Positions 47,543 through 57,526 of a DNA stretch of 64,000 nt are shown one piece after another. This DNA is from Nitrospinaceae bacterium (GTDB lineage: Bacteria; Nitrospinota; Nitrospinia; Nitrospinales; VA-1), in assembly GCA_029261635.1 (NCBI GenBank), contig JAJDAW010000013.1, positions 263 to 64,262 on the forward strand, given 5' to 3'. The translations under genes and the position numbers were made by a program. Numbering within the stretch: position 1 is the first letter of the stretch; every line of letters begins with the position of its first letter. The notes under the pieces were generated by a model. It was not told the origin of the DNA. It saw nothing but the letters and a program-made list of their open reading frames with translations, and searched no databases.

Positions 47543-49935
47543 TCAGGCGAAATTTCGTTATCCGCCATGGTTGAAGTTTCACCCCATTTTCTTATTTGTG
47601 TACGCACTGCCATTGAATCGGGATGCTTGATTTCTTCATAAATTTTTAAGACTTCATTTGCACGCTCGCTGGCTTCGAGAAGTTTTTCTTGAATTCCCAA
47701 TCCAAGACATATTTTCCAGAGTGCTTCCCCTTCCAACTGTCGATTGCCAATTTTTTTCGATAATTCCAGAGCATCTTCAAAGTAAATTGCTGCCTGGTCA
47801 TTTTCATTATTTTCCTGATGCGTGTTCCCTAGTTGTATCAATAGGCTACCTTCCCCCTGCACGTCCTTTTGTTTCCTTACCGAGAGCAAACCATTTTCGA
47901 GGTAGATAAGGGCTTTCTCCATATCTCCAGATTTAACGGCGAGTTCGCTTAATTTTTTGGTTATTTGAGTTTCTAAGGGATGCCCCCCTTTCGTTCGTTG
48001 TGCCAGGTCAAGACCATTTTCAAAATAGTCGAGAGCTTTTTCCATTTCTTCCAGTCCCAAACAGGTTTCCCCCAGCATATTCAACAAATCAACCTGTTTT
48101 AATTTATCATCTTTTTGTTTTGCCATTTCAAGAGCTTGGTCGCCAAAATCGACAGCTTTTTGAAAGTCTCCGATTTGGTTGTTTGCTTCCCCCAGTTTTT
48201 CGAGGATGTCCGTTTCCTCCGATTTTTCACCTGCCGCCTGGGTGAATTTCAGGTCTTGTTCCAGAAACTCTATGGCGCGTTTATAATTTTTTAGGGCCAT
48301 GCAGGCCACCCCCAAATGTCGGAGTGCTGTTTTCTCTCCCTGGGTGTCGCCAGTTTTTTTGCAAAGAGAGAGTGCGCGCTCCATGAACTCCAATGCTCTT
48401 TGTGGTTGATTCAACCTGTTGTATTCAGGCCCCAGATTCAAGAGATGCATACGTTCGGCTTCTTTATCGCCCAGTTGCTGAGCTGCAGACAAAGCGGCTT
48501 CAAACCAGCGGATGGTATCAGCAGGTTGCAAGCGTTTTACAATTAGTTCAGCGCCATTTTCTGTGTAGGCGCTGCATATTTTTGCCGCATCTGTATCCTT
48601 GGAACAATTTTTCTGAGCCCATTCTTGTCCGGCTTTAATATTATCCAGTTCTTGGTCGAAATACATCATGCCTTTGATTTGGGCTTTACCCCCTTTGACA
48701 CTTAACTGTTGTGCTGTTTCCAAGGCATTCATGAATTCGGTGGCCAAACGTCGCTCAGCCATTCCTTGCTCTCCACCTGATATAAGGGGTTTGACAAATT
48801 TCCTTACAAGATCATGCAGGGAAAAACGATCCGTGTTTTCATTAGTTTGAACGAGACCATATTGGACAAGACCAATCAGAGATAAATTATCTGTGTCTTC
48901 GCAAACAAATGCTTCTGCTTTTGCGCTGAAGGAGCCGGGAAAAACAGTCAGCTTTCTTAGTACTACAGCTGCCTTATCTGGCAAAAGAGTGTAGCTATAT
49001 TTTAACGCAGCTTCGATGCCCGTGGCCAGAGTTTCGTTGTCACCATGGCCAAGGCCTTTCTTAACATCGCGCAACTTATTGGCAAAGTATTCGGGGTCCA
49101 TAGTGGCGTTGATGGCAAACAATTTACCAATCAATTCCAGTGCAATTGGAACGTCTTTACAGATTTTTGAAATTTCTTTAATTGCATGGCTGAGTTTCGG
49201 GCAGAGCCGTGTCAGCATATTATGTGAATCGAGAAAATCCAAAGAATCCAGTGCAATGGAAACAAAACCCGGAATTTTGACAGGTTTAACGGAAGTGACG
49301 ATTAAAAGCCATGAAGGAGGTGGAATAAGGGGCTTTATCTGTTTTGGGCCAGCAGAATTATCGAGAATCAGTATGCCCTTTTGCTTTTTTAAAGTTGTTC
49401 GATATAGCTTTGCCAGAGCCTTGGTGTCTGTTGGTAAAGTCTGGTTTGGTTTGAAGCGGGTGATGATTCGGCCCATTATTTCTACAGGTGAAGGGGCTTT
49501 GGGGTCACTGCCCCGCATATCCATAAAAACCTGATCGCCAGAAAACTGCGAGGCGAACTTTTTAATCATCATTATAGCCAAAGTGGTTTTGCCTGTACCT
49601 GCATGACCACTGAAGCTGATCATCACCGGGGGTTTGCCCGTGCGCGATACCACATCCTTGAATATTTCTTTTCTTCCAATGAACAACTCAGGTTCAGGGG
49701 GAGGTCGGTAAAGTTTGACACTCCCTACGCCCATTTCAGGAGACATCTTGATTGCCTTTTCCACCAATGCCTGCGCTTTTTTTGCGTGATTGGGGTTACG
49801 CAACTTAGGTCCACTCGATTCTGAATCGGGTGATTCAGATGATTTTTTTTTGCCAGAAGAGCCCTTTTTCGACATCTTTGAAATCAGGCCTGCGACAATG
49901 GCTATGACTGCAATGACTATAATAATAGTGGTCAT
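47539..49935 (-). CDS. Membrane-anchored NB-ARC (STAND) NTPase with C-terminal TPR array
   Basis: N-terminal [19 protein letters not shown] + Lys-rich stretch; P-loop [11 protein letters not shown]; ILILDN; LLIVTS; [10 protein letters not shown] (GxP-like); at least 8 TPR-like repeats. Confidence 0.75.
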   Translation of the reverse strand: MTTIIIVIAVIAIVAGLISKMSKKGSSGKKKSSESPDSESSGPKLRNPNHAKKAQALVEKAIKMSPEMGVGSVKLYRPPPEPELFIGRKEIFKDVVSRTGKPPVMISFSGHAGTGKTTLAIMMIKKFASQFSGDQVFMDMRGSDPKAPSPVEIMGRIITRFKPNQTLPTDTKALAKLYRTTLKKQKGILILDNSAGPKQIKPLIPPPSWLLIVTSVKPVKIPGFVSIALDSLDFLDSHNMLTRLCPKLSHAIKEISKICKDVPIALELIGKLFAINATMDPEYFANKLRDVKKGLGHGDNETLATGIEAALKYSYTLLPDKAAVVLRKLTVFPGSFSAKAEAFVCEDTDNLSLIGLVQYGLVQTNENTDRFSLHDLVRKFVKPLISGGEQGMAERRLATEFMNALETAQQLSVKGGKAQIKGMMYFDQELDNIKAGQEWAQKNCSKDTDAAKICSAYTENGAELIVKRLQPADTIRWFEAALSAAQQLGDKEAERMHLLNLGPEYNRLNQPQRALEFMERALSLCKKTGDTQGEKTALRHLGVACMALKNYKRAIEFLEQDLKFTQAAGEKSEETDILEKLGEANNQIGDFQKAVDFGDQALEMAKQKDDKLKQVDLLNMLGETCLGLEEMEKALDYFENGLDLAQRTKGGHPLETQITKKLSELAVKSGDMEKALIYLENGLLSVRKQKDVQGEGSLLIQLGNTHQENNENDQAAIYFEDALELSKKIGNRQLEGEALWKICLGLGIQEKLLEASERANEVLKIYEEIKHPDSMAVRTQIRKWGETSTMADNEISPD

Positions 49936-50147
49936 TTAAGTATCCGTATCATAGTTCAAACAAAGGAAATTCCAGACAGGGCAAAATATGGAGTAAGACA
50001 GAGAATATATCATATTATGATTCCCGCTATTTGTGTTTCGTATAAGAATTCTGAAGGTTGACTTTAAAAATTTTTGCTCGATAATACTCATTTTTGCCCT
50101 TATCTCATTTGTTTTCAGGAAATTCTGGTTTAAAGACACCTTAAATT

Positions 50148-52220
50148 ATGGCTGAGTTATTTTTAGAAATTGGCTCTGAAGAGCTTCCTTCCGGGTATGT
50201 TCAACCTGCCTTGGACTATATGCACAAAGAACTGTCTTCGTTTTTTGCCAAGAACCGAATTGAAGCAGAGGCCCCTAAAACCATGGGCACTCCAAGACGA
50301 CTGATTGTCTCGGTAAAAGGAGTGATGGCCATGCAGGAAGATTCTGTGGATGAGTTTCTCGGGCCAGGAGTTTCAGTGGCCTATGATGACCAAGGCCAAC
50401 CCACTAAAGCCGCAACAGGTTTTGCCCGTGGTAAGGGAATTGATGTTTCTGATCTGACTCGTAAACAAACACCTAAAGGAGAAGTGATTTGCGCCCGGGT
50501 CGAAAATAAAGGTCGTGTCACTTCATCTTTATTAAATGAATATCTGCCTCAATTAATTAGTCAAATTCCATTCCCCAAAAAAATGCGCTGGCAAAATAAA
50601 TCCCAGCCCTTTGCCCGACCCTTGCATTGGGTTACCGCTTTGTTTGAGGGGCAAGCCCTACAGTTTGAATTCGATGGTATTGCCAATGATGTGATTTCGC
50701 GAGGACATCGATTTCTGAATCCTGAAAGATTTCAGGTCAAGGACCTTGAATCCTATTTAACGGAATGTGAAAAGCATTTTTTAGTAGTAGATCCCGATAT
50801 CAGAAAAAGAACCATTTTGGAACAGGTTCAACAGTTAGCCGAAAAGGCCGGAGGTCATATTAAAGAAGACGAGGAATTGCTGAACCTGGTAAATTTTCTT
50901 GTTGAGTTTCCGGTAGCCATTAAAGGGGATTTTGATTCCGGTTTTTTAGAGTTGCCGCAAGAGCTACTGGTGATAACAATGAAATACCACCAGAAATATT
51001 TTCCCGTTTGGGATAAGGAAGAAAAGCTTCTCCCTTGTTTTATTACCGTCAGCAATATGCCTGCATCGGAAGGGAATGAAATACAAAAAGGCAACGAGCG
51101 TGTTTTGCGTGCACGACTAGAAGATGCTCGATTTTTTTACGATGAGGACCGAAAGAAAAAAATCGCAGATTTTGTTGAACCTTTAAAAGGGGTCGTGTTC
51201 CAGAAAAAATTAGGAACGGTTTATGAAAAAGTAAGTCGTGTTACCGATCTCGCGGGAATCCTTGCGAGTGAAGTATGTCCGCAAAAAGAAACACAAGCGA
51301 GAAGAGCCGCTGAATTATGCAAAGCCGATCTGGTCAGCCAGATGGTCTTCGAATTTCCCGAGCTGCAGGGAATCATGGGCGGCTATTATGCTTCCCACTC
51401 AGGAGAAGAAGCCGAAGTTGCCCAGGCGATTAAAGAACATTATCTCCCCACCTTCGCAGGGGATGTTTTGCCCTCTTGTGATTCAGGGGCCAGTGTTGCC
51501 ATAGCAGATAAACTCGATACTATTATCGGTTGTATAGGCGTAGGGCTGATTCCATCCGGCTCTGAAGATCCTTATGGATTGAGAAGGCATGCTCTGGGTA
51601 TTTTGCAAATCGTACTGGATAGAGGGTGGCAGCTTTCTTTTCTAAGCCTCGTGGAGAATGGCCTCAACCTAATTGCCGATAAAGCTAAGCTGGACAAAGG
51701 TGAAATTAAAAAGCATGTAGAAGACTTATTTTCTCAGAGATACAAAACTTTGTTGAATGGAGAAGGTTTTCCTTACGACGCTATTGATTGTGTCCTATCA
51801 GCGGGAATGGATTCTATTGTTGATGTGAAGGCAAAAGTGGCGGCTTTTTCTGATTTAAAAAAGCAGCCTTATTTTGAGCCTCTTGCCATTGCTTTTCGGC
51901 GGGTTGCCAGTATTTTAGATAAAAAAGTAGATGGAGAAATCGATCCTGGATTGTTGAATGAACCGGCAGAAAAACAACTGTATGCCGCTTTTTTAAAGGT
52001 GCGTGATCCGGTATTGAATCATATTAAGAATAAGGAGTTTTCCAGCGCATTGGAAAAAATGGGGGAGATAAAACCCTCTGTGGATGATTTTTTTGACAAT
52101 GTGATGGTGATGGTAGAAGACCCTGCCCTGCGCGTAAACCGCCTTTGCCTACTACGCGATATATCCGGCTTATTCTCGGATATTGCTGACTTTTCAAAAA
52201 TCGTTTTGAAAAAAGGTTAA
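50148..52220 (+). CDS. glyS: Glycine--tRNA ligase beta subunit
   Basis: MAELFLEIGSEELPSGYV..., full-length 690 aa. Confidence 0.97.
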   Translation: MAELFLEIGSEELPSGYVQPALDYMHKELSSFFAKNRIEAEAPKTMGTPRRLIVSVKGVMAMQEDSVDEFLGPGVSVAYDDQGQPTKAATGFARGKGIDVSDLTRKQTPKGEVICARVENKGRVTSSLLNEYLPQLISQIPFPKKMRWQNKSQPFARPLHWVTALFEGQALQFEFDGIANDVISRGHRFLNPERFQVKDLESYLTECEKHFLVVDPDIRKRTILEQVQQLAEKAGGHIKEDEELLNLVNFLVEFPVAIKGDFDSGFLELPQELLVITMKYHQKYFPVWDKEEKLLPCFITVSNMPASEGNEIQKGNERVLRARLEDARFFYDEDRKKKIADFVEPLKGVVFQKKLGTVYEKVSRVTDLAGILASEVCPQKETQARRAAELCKADLVSQMVFEFPELQGIMGGYYASHSGEEAEVAQAIKEHYLPTFAGDVLPSCDSGASVAIADKLDTIIGCIGVGLIPSGSEDPYGLRRHALGILQIVLDRGWQLSFLSLVENGLNLIADKAKLDKGEIKKHVEDLFSQRYKTLLNGEGFPYDAIDCVLSAGMDSIVDVKAKVAAFSDLKKQPYFEPLAIAFRRVASILDKKVDGEIDPGLLNEPAEKQLYAAFLKVRDPVLNHIKNKEFSSALEKMGEIKPSVDDFFDNVMVMVEDPALRVNRLCLLRDISGLFSDIADFSKIVLKKG

Positions 52221-52308
52221 AACATTACCGTTGTTTTGGACAATTTGGTAAAATTCCTCCCTCAAGTTTTTAACCTTATATTGTCAAACGTCTACCGCTT
52301 AATTTTAA

Positions 52309-54939
52309 ATGACTAAAAAATATATATATGCTTTTGCCGGTGAAAAAACCGATGGCAAAGCAGACATGAAAAACCTACTGGGAGGCAAAGGTGCCAATCT
52401 TGCTGAAATGGCATCATTAGGTATAAATGTCCCGCCCGGGTTTACTATTTCCACCGATGCCTGTGTTTATTATTTAAAAAATAAGAATAATCTTCCGCCA
52501 AAGCTTTGGAGTGAAGTCCTCGCTCAATTAGCAGGTCTCGAAAAAACGATTGAAAAAAAGTTTGGTGATTCTAACAACCCCCTTCTAGTTTCGGTTCGTT
52601 CAGGAGCACGTGTGTCGATGCCGGGGATGATGGATACGGTTCTGAACCTGGGCTTGAATGAAAGCAGCGTGCTCGGTCTTGCTAAAAGAACGCAGAATGA
52701 ATGGTTCGCCTTCGATACCTACCGCCGATTTATTTCAATGTTTGGCAATGTTGTATTGAATATTTCGGGTGAAAGTTTCGAATCTATTCTCGAAAAAGAA
52801 AAGTTTAAGAGAGGCATCAAATTCGACACAGATTTTTCTATTAAAGATTTAAAAGCCATTGTCAAAAAGTTTAAAGCTCTTGTGGTTCGCGAAACAAAGA
52901 AAAAATTTCCTGACGACCCCATGAAACAATTACGAATGGCAGTAGAAGCGGTGTTTAATTCCTGGAACACAGACCGAGCGGTTATATATAGGAAAATGAA
53001 TGGCTTTTCACATGATTGGGGAACGGCGGTAACAGTACAGTCAATGGTTTTTGGCAATATGGGTAAAACTTCCGCAACGGGGGTGGCGTTCACCCGCAAT
53101 CCCGCTACTGGGGAAAATAAATTTTTCGGCGAGTACATGATCAATGCGCAAGGCGAAGATGTGGTTGCGGGAATTCGCACCCCAAATTTTATTGACCAGC
53201 TTGAAATCGAAATGCCAGAAATTTATCAGGATCTTGTGAGTGTCTACCAAAAGCTGGAAAAACATTACAAGGATATGCAGGACATAGAGTTCACCATTGA
53301 AAACCAAAAGTTGTATTTGTTACAGACCCGATCTGGAAAACGGACTGCGGAATCGGCCATCAAGGTGGCGGTCGATATGGTGGATGAAGGTTTGATAGGC
53401 AAACGCGAAGCTTTAATGAGAGTTCCAGCAAATCAACTTGATCAAATCTTTCATCCCATGATTGACCCCAAGGCAAAATTAAAAGTCTTGGGCAAAGGAT
53501 TGGGAGCTTCACCTGGGGCGGCTTCAGGAAAAATTGTTTTTACTCCAGAAAGAGCGCAGGAACTGGCTAAAAATAATGAAGATGTGATCCTCGTCAGAAT
53601 GGAAACTTCTCCAGAAGATATTCTCGGTATGAGTGTCGCGCAAGGGATTATCACTGCGAAAGGCGGGATGACCTCCCACGCTGCGGTGGTTACCAGAGCA
53701 ATGGGAAAACCCTGTGTTTCTGGAGTGGAGGAGTTAATCGTAAATAGTAAAAGTAAACAATGCCAGTTGGGAGGAGTTAAATTGAAAGAGCTGAGCCCTC
53801 TCACTCTCGATGGCTCTTCCGGAATGGTGATAAATGGAATGGCTCCTTTGATTCAATCGCGTTTAACCCGCTCTTTTACGAGCATGGTGACTTGGGCAGA
53901 TGAAGTTCGGAAGTTGAAAATTAGGGCGAATGCAGATACCCCTCATGATGCAAAGATGGCAAGGAAATTCGGAGCAGAAGGAATAGGTCTTTGCCGAACC
54001 GAACATATGTTTTTCAATGAGGAGCGCATTTTTTTAGTTCGAAAAATGATCCTTGCTGATAACGATAAAGCTCGGAACGAAGCATTGAAAAAGCTACTCC
54101 CCATCCAACGTAAAGATTTTATCGGGATTTTTAAGGTTATGGAGGGGCTTCCGGTAACGATTCGATTACTCGACCCCCCTCTTCATGAGTTTTTGCCTCA
54201 TTCAACCCGCGAGATTAAAGGTCTAGCTCGAGAACTGAAAGTCTCAAGTACGACTTTACTAAAAAAAATCGAGAGTCTGAGTGAAGCGAATCCTATGTTA
54301 GGCCACCGTGGATGCAGGCTGGGAATCACCTATCCTGAAATTTATAAAATGCAAGTTCGTGCGATTTTAGAGGCAGGGTGCAGACTAACTAAAAAAGGAA
54401 TTAAAGTTAATCCCGAAATCATGGTTCCTCTGGTAGGGCATGTCAATGAATTTAAAATTGTCCGCGAATATATACTGGAGGTTGCGGCGGAAGTTTTAAA
54501 GAAAGAAGGTGTCGACCTGCAATATAAAATTGGTACGATGATTGAACTTCCCCGAGCTGCCATGACCGCAGATGAGATTGCCATGGAAGCAGATTTCTTT
54601 TCATTTGGCACGAACGACCTCACGCAAACGGCTTTTGGGTTAAGCCGCGATGATTCGGCGAGTTTTCTCAGGCAATATGTCGAGCAGGGATTGCTGAATC
54701 ACGACCCCTTTGTAACGCTCGACCAGGACGGTGTTGGGAAATTGATCCAGATAGCTGTTGAAAAGGGAAGAAAGGCTAAGCCTCGCATCCATATGGGAGT
54801 ATGCGGAGAACATGGGGGTGACCCTGCATCTATTGATTATTTCAACCGACTGGGATTGGACTATGTGAGTTGCTCTCCTTACCGAGTGCCAACGGCGATC
54901 CTAGCTGCAGCTCAGGCTGTTATAAAGGAAGATCATTGA
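52309..54939 (+). CDS. ppdK: Pyruvate, phosphate dikinase
   Basis: LLGGKGANLAEM, phospho-His region GGMTSHAAVVTRAMGKPCV, GLCRTEHMF, FFSFGTNDLTQ. Confidence 0.95.
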   Translation: MTKKYIYAFAGEKTDGKADMKNLLGGKGANLAEMASLGINVPPGFTISTDACVYYLKNKNNLPPKLWSEVLAQLAGLEKTIEKKFGDSNNPLLVSVRSGARVSMPGMMDTVLNLGLNESSVLGLAKRTQNEWFAFDTYRRFISMFGNVVLNISGESFESILEKEKFKRGIKFDTDFSIKDLKAIVKKFKALVVRETKKKFPDDPMKQLRMAVEAVFNSWNTDRAVIYRKMNGFSHDWGTAVTVQSMVFGNMGKTSATGVAFTRNPATGENKFFGEYMINAQGEDVVAGIRTPNFIDQLEIEMPEIYQDLVSVYQKLEKHYKDMQDIEFTIENQKLYLLQTRSGKRTAESAIKVAVDMVDEGLIGKREALMRVPANQLDQIFHPMIDPKAKLKVLGKGLGASPGAASGKIVFTPERAQELAKNNEDVILVRMETSPEDILGMSVAQGIITAKGGMTSHAAVVTRAMGKPCVSGVEELIVNSKSKQCQLGGVKLKELSPLTLDGSSGMVINGMAPLIQSRLTRSFTSMVTWADEVRKLKIRANADTPHDAKMARKFGAEGIGLCRTEHMFFNEERIFLVRKMILADNDKARNEALKKLLPIQRKDFIGIFKVMEGLPVTIRLLDPPLHEFLPHSTREIKGLARELKVSSTTLLKKIESLSEANPMLGHRGCRLGITYPEIYKMQVRAILEAGCRLTKKGIKVNPEIMVPLVGHVNEFKIVREYILEVAAEVLKKEGVDLQYKIGTMIELPRAAMTADEIAMEADFFSFGTNDLTQTAFGLSRDDSASFLRQYVEQGLLNHDPFVTLDQDGVGKLIQIAVEKGRKAKPRIHMGVCGEHGGDPASIDYFNRLGLDYVSCSPYRVPTAILAAAQAVIKEDH

Positions 54940-55006
54940 TCAAACTTAATGCTACTGAAGACTTTTCCTGAAAGCTTGTATCTGGACAAAAAAATCGTGA
55001 AAAAGG

Positions 55007-55035
55007 TTGACATCATTTTTGCGGATAATCATAAT
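55007..55035 (+). promoter_or_regulatory. Sigma70-type promoter candidate for epimerase/decarboxylase operon
   Basis: TTGACA, 17-nt spacer, CATAAT; about 60 nt upstream of ATG 55095. Confidence 0.5.
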
Positions 55036-55094
55036 AAAAAATTCTGCATGAAAATAACGAATAAAAATAATTCCGCAAGGATTTGGAGGAACAA

Positions 55095-56033
55095 ATGAAT
55101 ATTGCACTCACCGGCATTACTGGAATGGTGGGCTCCCATTTTATAAAAAAACTTTTAGAAGATAATGCCGAGAGTTCAACTTACAACGTCAAAGCTTTGA
55201 TTCGCGAGGGCAGTGTTGTTGAACATTTAAAAACTTTCGAAGATATTGATTACATCATTGGCGGTCTCGAAGATAAGGAGTCGCTTGCGAAATTGGTGCA
55301 GGATGCAGAAGTTTTGGTACATCTTGCTCATTTCCCCGGACCGGTTCAAACTGTGGAAGAATTGGTAAAGGTCAATATCGATGGTTCTTTTGATTTGTTG
55401 GAAGAAGCGCGTAAGGCCAAAGTGAAACAGGTCATTTTTATGAGTGCCTGCACGGTTTTTGGAGAGGTTCTGCCTACCGTAAATAAAGAAAACCCGATGG
55501 ACGAAAATCATCCTGTTCGGCCTGGCAATCTGTATGGTTCCATCAAAAACTCGATTGAAGGATTTTGTTTCCAATTTCATAAAAGTCGCGCATTCGATAT
55601 CACTATCTTGCGACCTGTCACCGTTTATGGTGTGCGCCCACAGCTGGATAAGTCGGAATGGTTTCAAACCATTGACTATCTTGCCACCAACTATAATGTT
55701 GACCTAAAGGGCAGCACCAAATACGTTTCAGTCGACTCTGTTGTGCAAGGCATTCAGCGCACACTTGGAAATGCCGATGCGGCGGGGAAAATTTATCACC
55801 TGGTGGATGGTCATATACATAACCTGACATTAGGAAAGATGATTGCTGATACCATCGATTCTTTCGGTGAATGTGAAGGCGTCCCAGGCGATGATGGAGT
55901 CCCCATGTCCAATCAAGCAGCAAAAGATATTGGTGTGGAATTTCGCGGTGAAGAATCCATTGTCGAATATATCAAGCTCATCCATAAACTCCAGGGGGAG
56001 TATGGTGGTGAGCGTAATATCCAAAATTGGTAA
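55095..56033 (+). CDS. NAD-dependent epimerase/dehydratase (extended SDR)
   Basis: IALTGITGMVGSHF Rossmann motif, YGSIK catalytic YxxxK; start at ATG 55095 after GGAGGA. Confidence 0.85.
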   Translation: MNIALTGITGMVGSHFIKKLLEDNAESSTYNVKALIREGSVVEHLKTFEDIDYIIGGLEDKESLAKLVQDAEVLVHLAHFPGPVQTVEELVKVNIDGSFDLLEEARKAKVKQVIFMSACTVFGEVLPTVNKENPMDENHPVRPGNLYGSIKNSIEGFCFQFHKSRAFDITILRPVTVYGVRPQLDKSEWFQTIDYLATNYNVDLKGSTKYVSVDSVVQGIQRTLGNADAAGKIYHLVDGHIHNLTLGKMIADTIDSFGECEGVPGDDGVPMSNQAAKDIGVEFRGEESIVEYIKLIHKLQGEYGGERNIQNW

Positions 56034-56043
56034 AGGACTTAAT

Positions 56044-56565
56044 GTGTCTTCCTTAACATCCCAATCTTTTATTGAACGTTTGATTCAAGAAGATTATAAA
56101 TTTTTTACTGGCGTGCCGTGCTCTTTGCTATCTGGGTTGATTTATGAGCTCGAAGACCAGAACCAGAACCAGAAAGAAGAAATTCGCTATATTCCTTCTG
56201 TTCGCGAAGATGCAGCCGTGGGTTTGTGTGTCGGTGCGTACCTTGCTGGAACGATGCCCGTTCTACTCATGCAAAACTCTGGCTTAGGATACTGCCTCAA
56301 TGCCTTCACTTCCCTGAACCTGATTTATAAGATACCCGCGTTGGTCATTATGAGTTGGCGTGGTAAAGCGGGTAAAGATGCTCCTGAGCACATCATCATG
56401 GGAGATATCGACCAGGAACTTCTCAAGACTGCGGGCATGGAATATTCAATCCTCAGTGAAGAAAATTGTGAAGAGGTGCTTAAAAAGGCAAAACAGAAAA
56501 TTTGCGAAGAAAAGTTACCCTATACACTGATTGTTGAGAAAGGGTTATTTGATGAAAGGCACTGA
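56044..56565 (+). CDS. TPP-dependent phosphonopyruvate/sulfopyruvate decarboxylase family, alpha (N-terminal) subunit
   Basis: FFTGVPCSLL, MQNSGLGYCLNAFTSL, IMSWRGKAGKDAPEH; GTG 56044 preferred (AAGGA 6 nt upstream), ATG 56002 is an alternative. Confidence 0.65.
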   Translation: MSSLTSQSFIERLIQEDYKFFTGVPCSLLSGLIYELEDQNQNQKEEIRYIPSVREDAAVGLCVGAYLAGTMPVLLMQNSGLGYCLNAFTSLNLIYKIPALVIMSWRGKAGKDAPEHIIMGDIDQELLKTAGMEYSILSEENCEEVLKKAKQKICEEKLPYTLIVEKGLFDERH

Positions 56566-57109
56566 AGCATTTCAGGAATTGATTCCTCTAATTGAAGACG
56601 AGCCGGTGGTTCATGCTAATGGTTTCATTTGTCGTGAATCGTTTGCCCTTAAAGATCGTGAAGCTAATTTTTATATGATCGGTTCGATGGGGTTGGCCTC
56701 ATCCATTGGCTTGGGGGTTGCTTTATGCAAGCCTGATAAAAAGGTAATCATCATTGATGGCGATGGAAACGTGCTGATGGCGATGGGTACTCTGGCCATG
56801 ATTGCCGCAGAGGCACCGAAAAACCTAATTCATGTTGTTATAGATAATGAAGTGTATGAATCGACAGGAAGTCAGCGATCCCTCTCAAACAAAGTAAAAC
56901 TGGAAGAAGTTGCGAGAAGTACGGGCTATAAAAATGTATTGAGAGTAGAAAAAAAGGAAGAAATTAAAGCAGCATTTTTGAAACTGAAAGATTCTGAAGG
57001 CCCGAATTTTCTACTGATCAAAGTCGAACCCGGATTCGACCCCGCCACCGGACGCGTAACCCACACTCCCGAAGAAATCACCGATCGATTTATGCAGGCC
57101 ATCGGTTAA
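56552..57109 (+). CDS. TPP-dependent phosphonopyruvate/sulfopyruvate decarboxylase family, beta (C-terminal) subunit
   Basis: GSMGLASSIGLGVAL, IIDGDGNVLM TPP-binding GDG motif, DNEVYESTG; start overlaps alpha stop. Confidence 0.65.
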   Translation: MKGTEAFQELIPLIEDEPVVHANGFICRESFALKDREANFYMIGSMGLASSIGLGVALCKPDKKVIIIDGDGNVLMAMGTLAMIAAEAPKNLIHVVIDNEVYESTGSQRSLSNKVKLEEVARSTGYKNVLRVEKKEEIKAAFLKLKDSEGPNFLLIKVEPGFDPATGRVTHTPEEITDRFMQAIG

Positions 57110-57129
57110 CGATTCCCAATTGCGGATAA

Positions 57130-57163
57130 AAAAAACCGCTACCCCTTTAAAGGGTAACGGTTT
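57130..57163. terminator. Bidirectional hairpin terminator between convergent genes
   Basis: A-run, stem CCGCTACCC / GGGTAACGG (one mismatch), TTT. Confidence 0.55.
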
Positions 57164-57199
57164 GGATAAAACGGGTCTTTTTGCCTCCACAATCGTGGA

Positions 57200-57469
57200 T
57201 TAGGCTACGACGTCTACCTGTCCGCCTGATCCGGACTCAGAGGTTTGTGCATTTGCTGAAGCAGAGTTATCCTGACTCACAACGCTTCCTTCTTCACCAC
57301 CCAAATCGCTAGGTGCTTGTACAGGAGGAACAGCGCTGGTTTGTGCTTCCTGAGATACCTGACCTTGAGTTTCATTCGATGCAGATTGTGTGGTATCTGC
57401 AGTTTCTGTGCTGGTTGCAGCAGTGGATCTTGGTGCTGCGGCCAAACTTCCTAAGCTTGAAACGTCCAT
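57200..57469 (-). CDS. Hypothetical low-complexity Ser/Thr/Ala/Gln-rich acidic protein
   Basis: 89-aa ORF with no hydrophobic core; immediately downstream of FlaG-like gene. Confidence 0.4.
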   Translation of the reverse strand: MDVSSLGSLAAAPRSTAATSTETADTTQSASNETQGQVSQEAQTSAVPPVQAPSDLGGEEGSVVSQDNSASANAQTSESGSGGQVDVVA

Positions 57470-57526
57470 AGTGTTGTGCCCCCTTCTTTATTTTAAAAAG
57501 AAAAAATTATTTTATAAGAATGTAAG

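Noticed and set aside
52309-54939. Whether the large PEP-utilising enzyme upstream of the Ppd-like genes could be the missing PEP mutase
   Set aside because: It has the full pyruvate, phosphate dikinase signature (ATP-grasp N-terminus, phospho-His swivel domain GGMTSHAAV, PEP/pyruvate TIM barrel). It is not an isocitrate-lyase-fold PEP mutase.
55843-56043. Upstream extension of the decarboxylase alpha-subunit ORF overlapping the epimerase gene by ~190 nt
   Set aside because: The extension has no homology-like pattern and lies inside the epimerase coding frame. GTG 56044 has an AAGGA RBS at good spacing and gives the family-typical distance to the FFTGVP motif.
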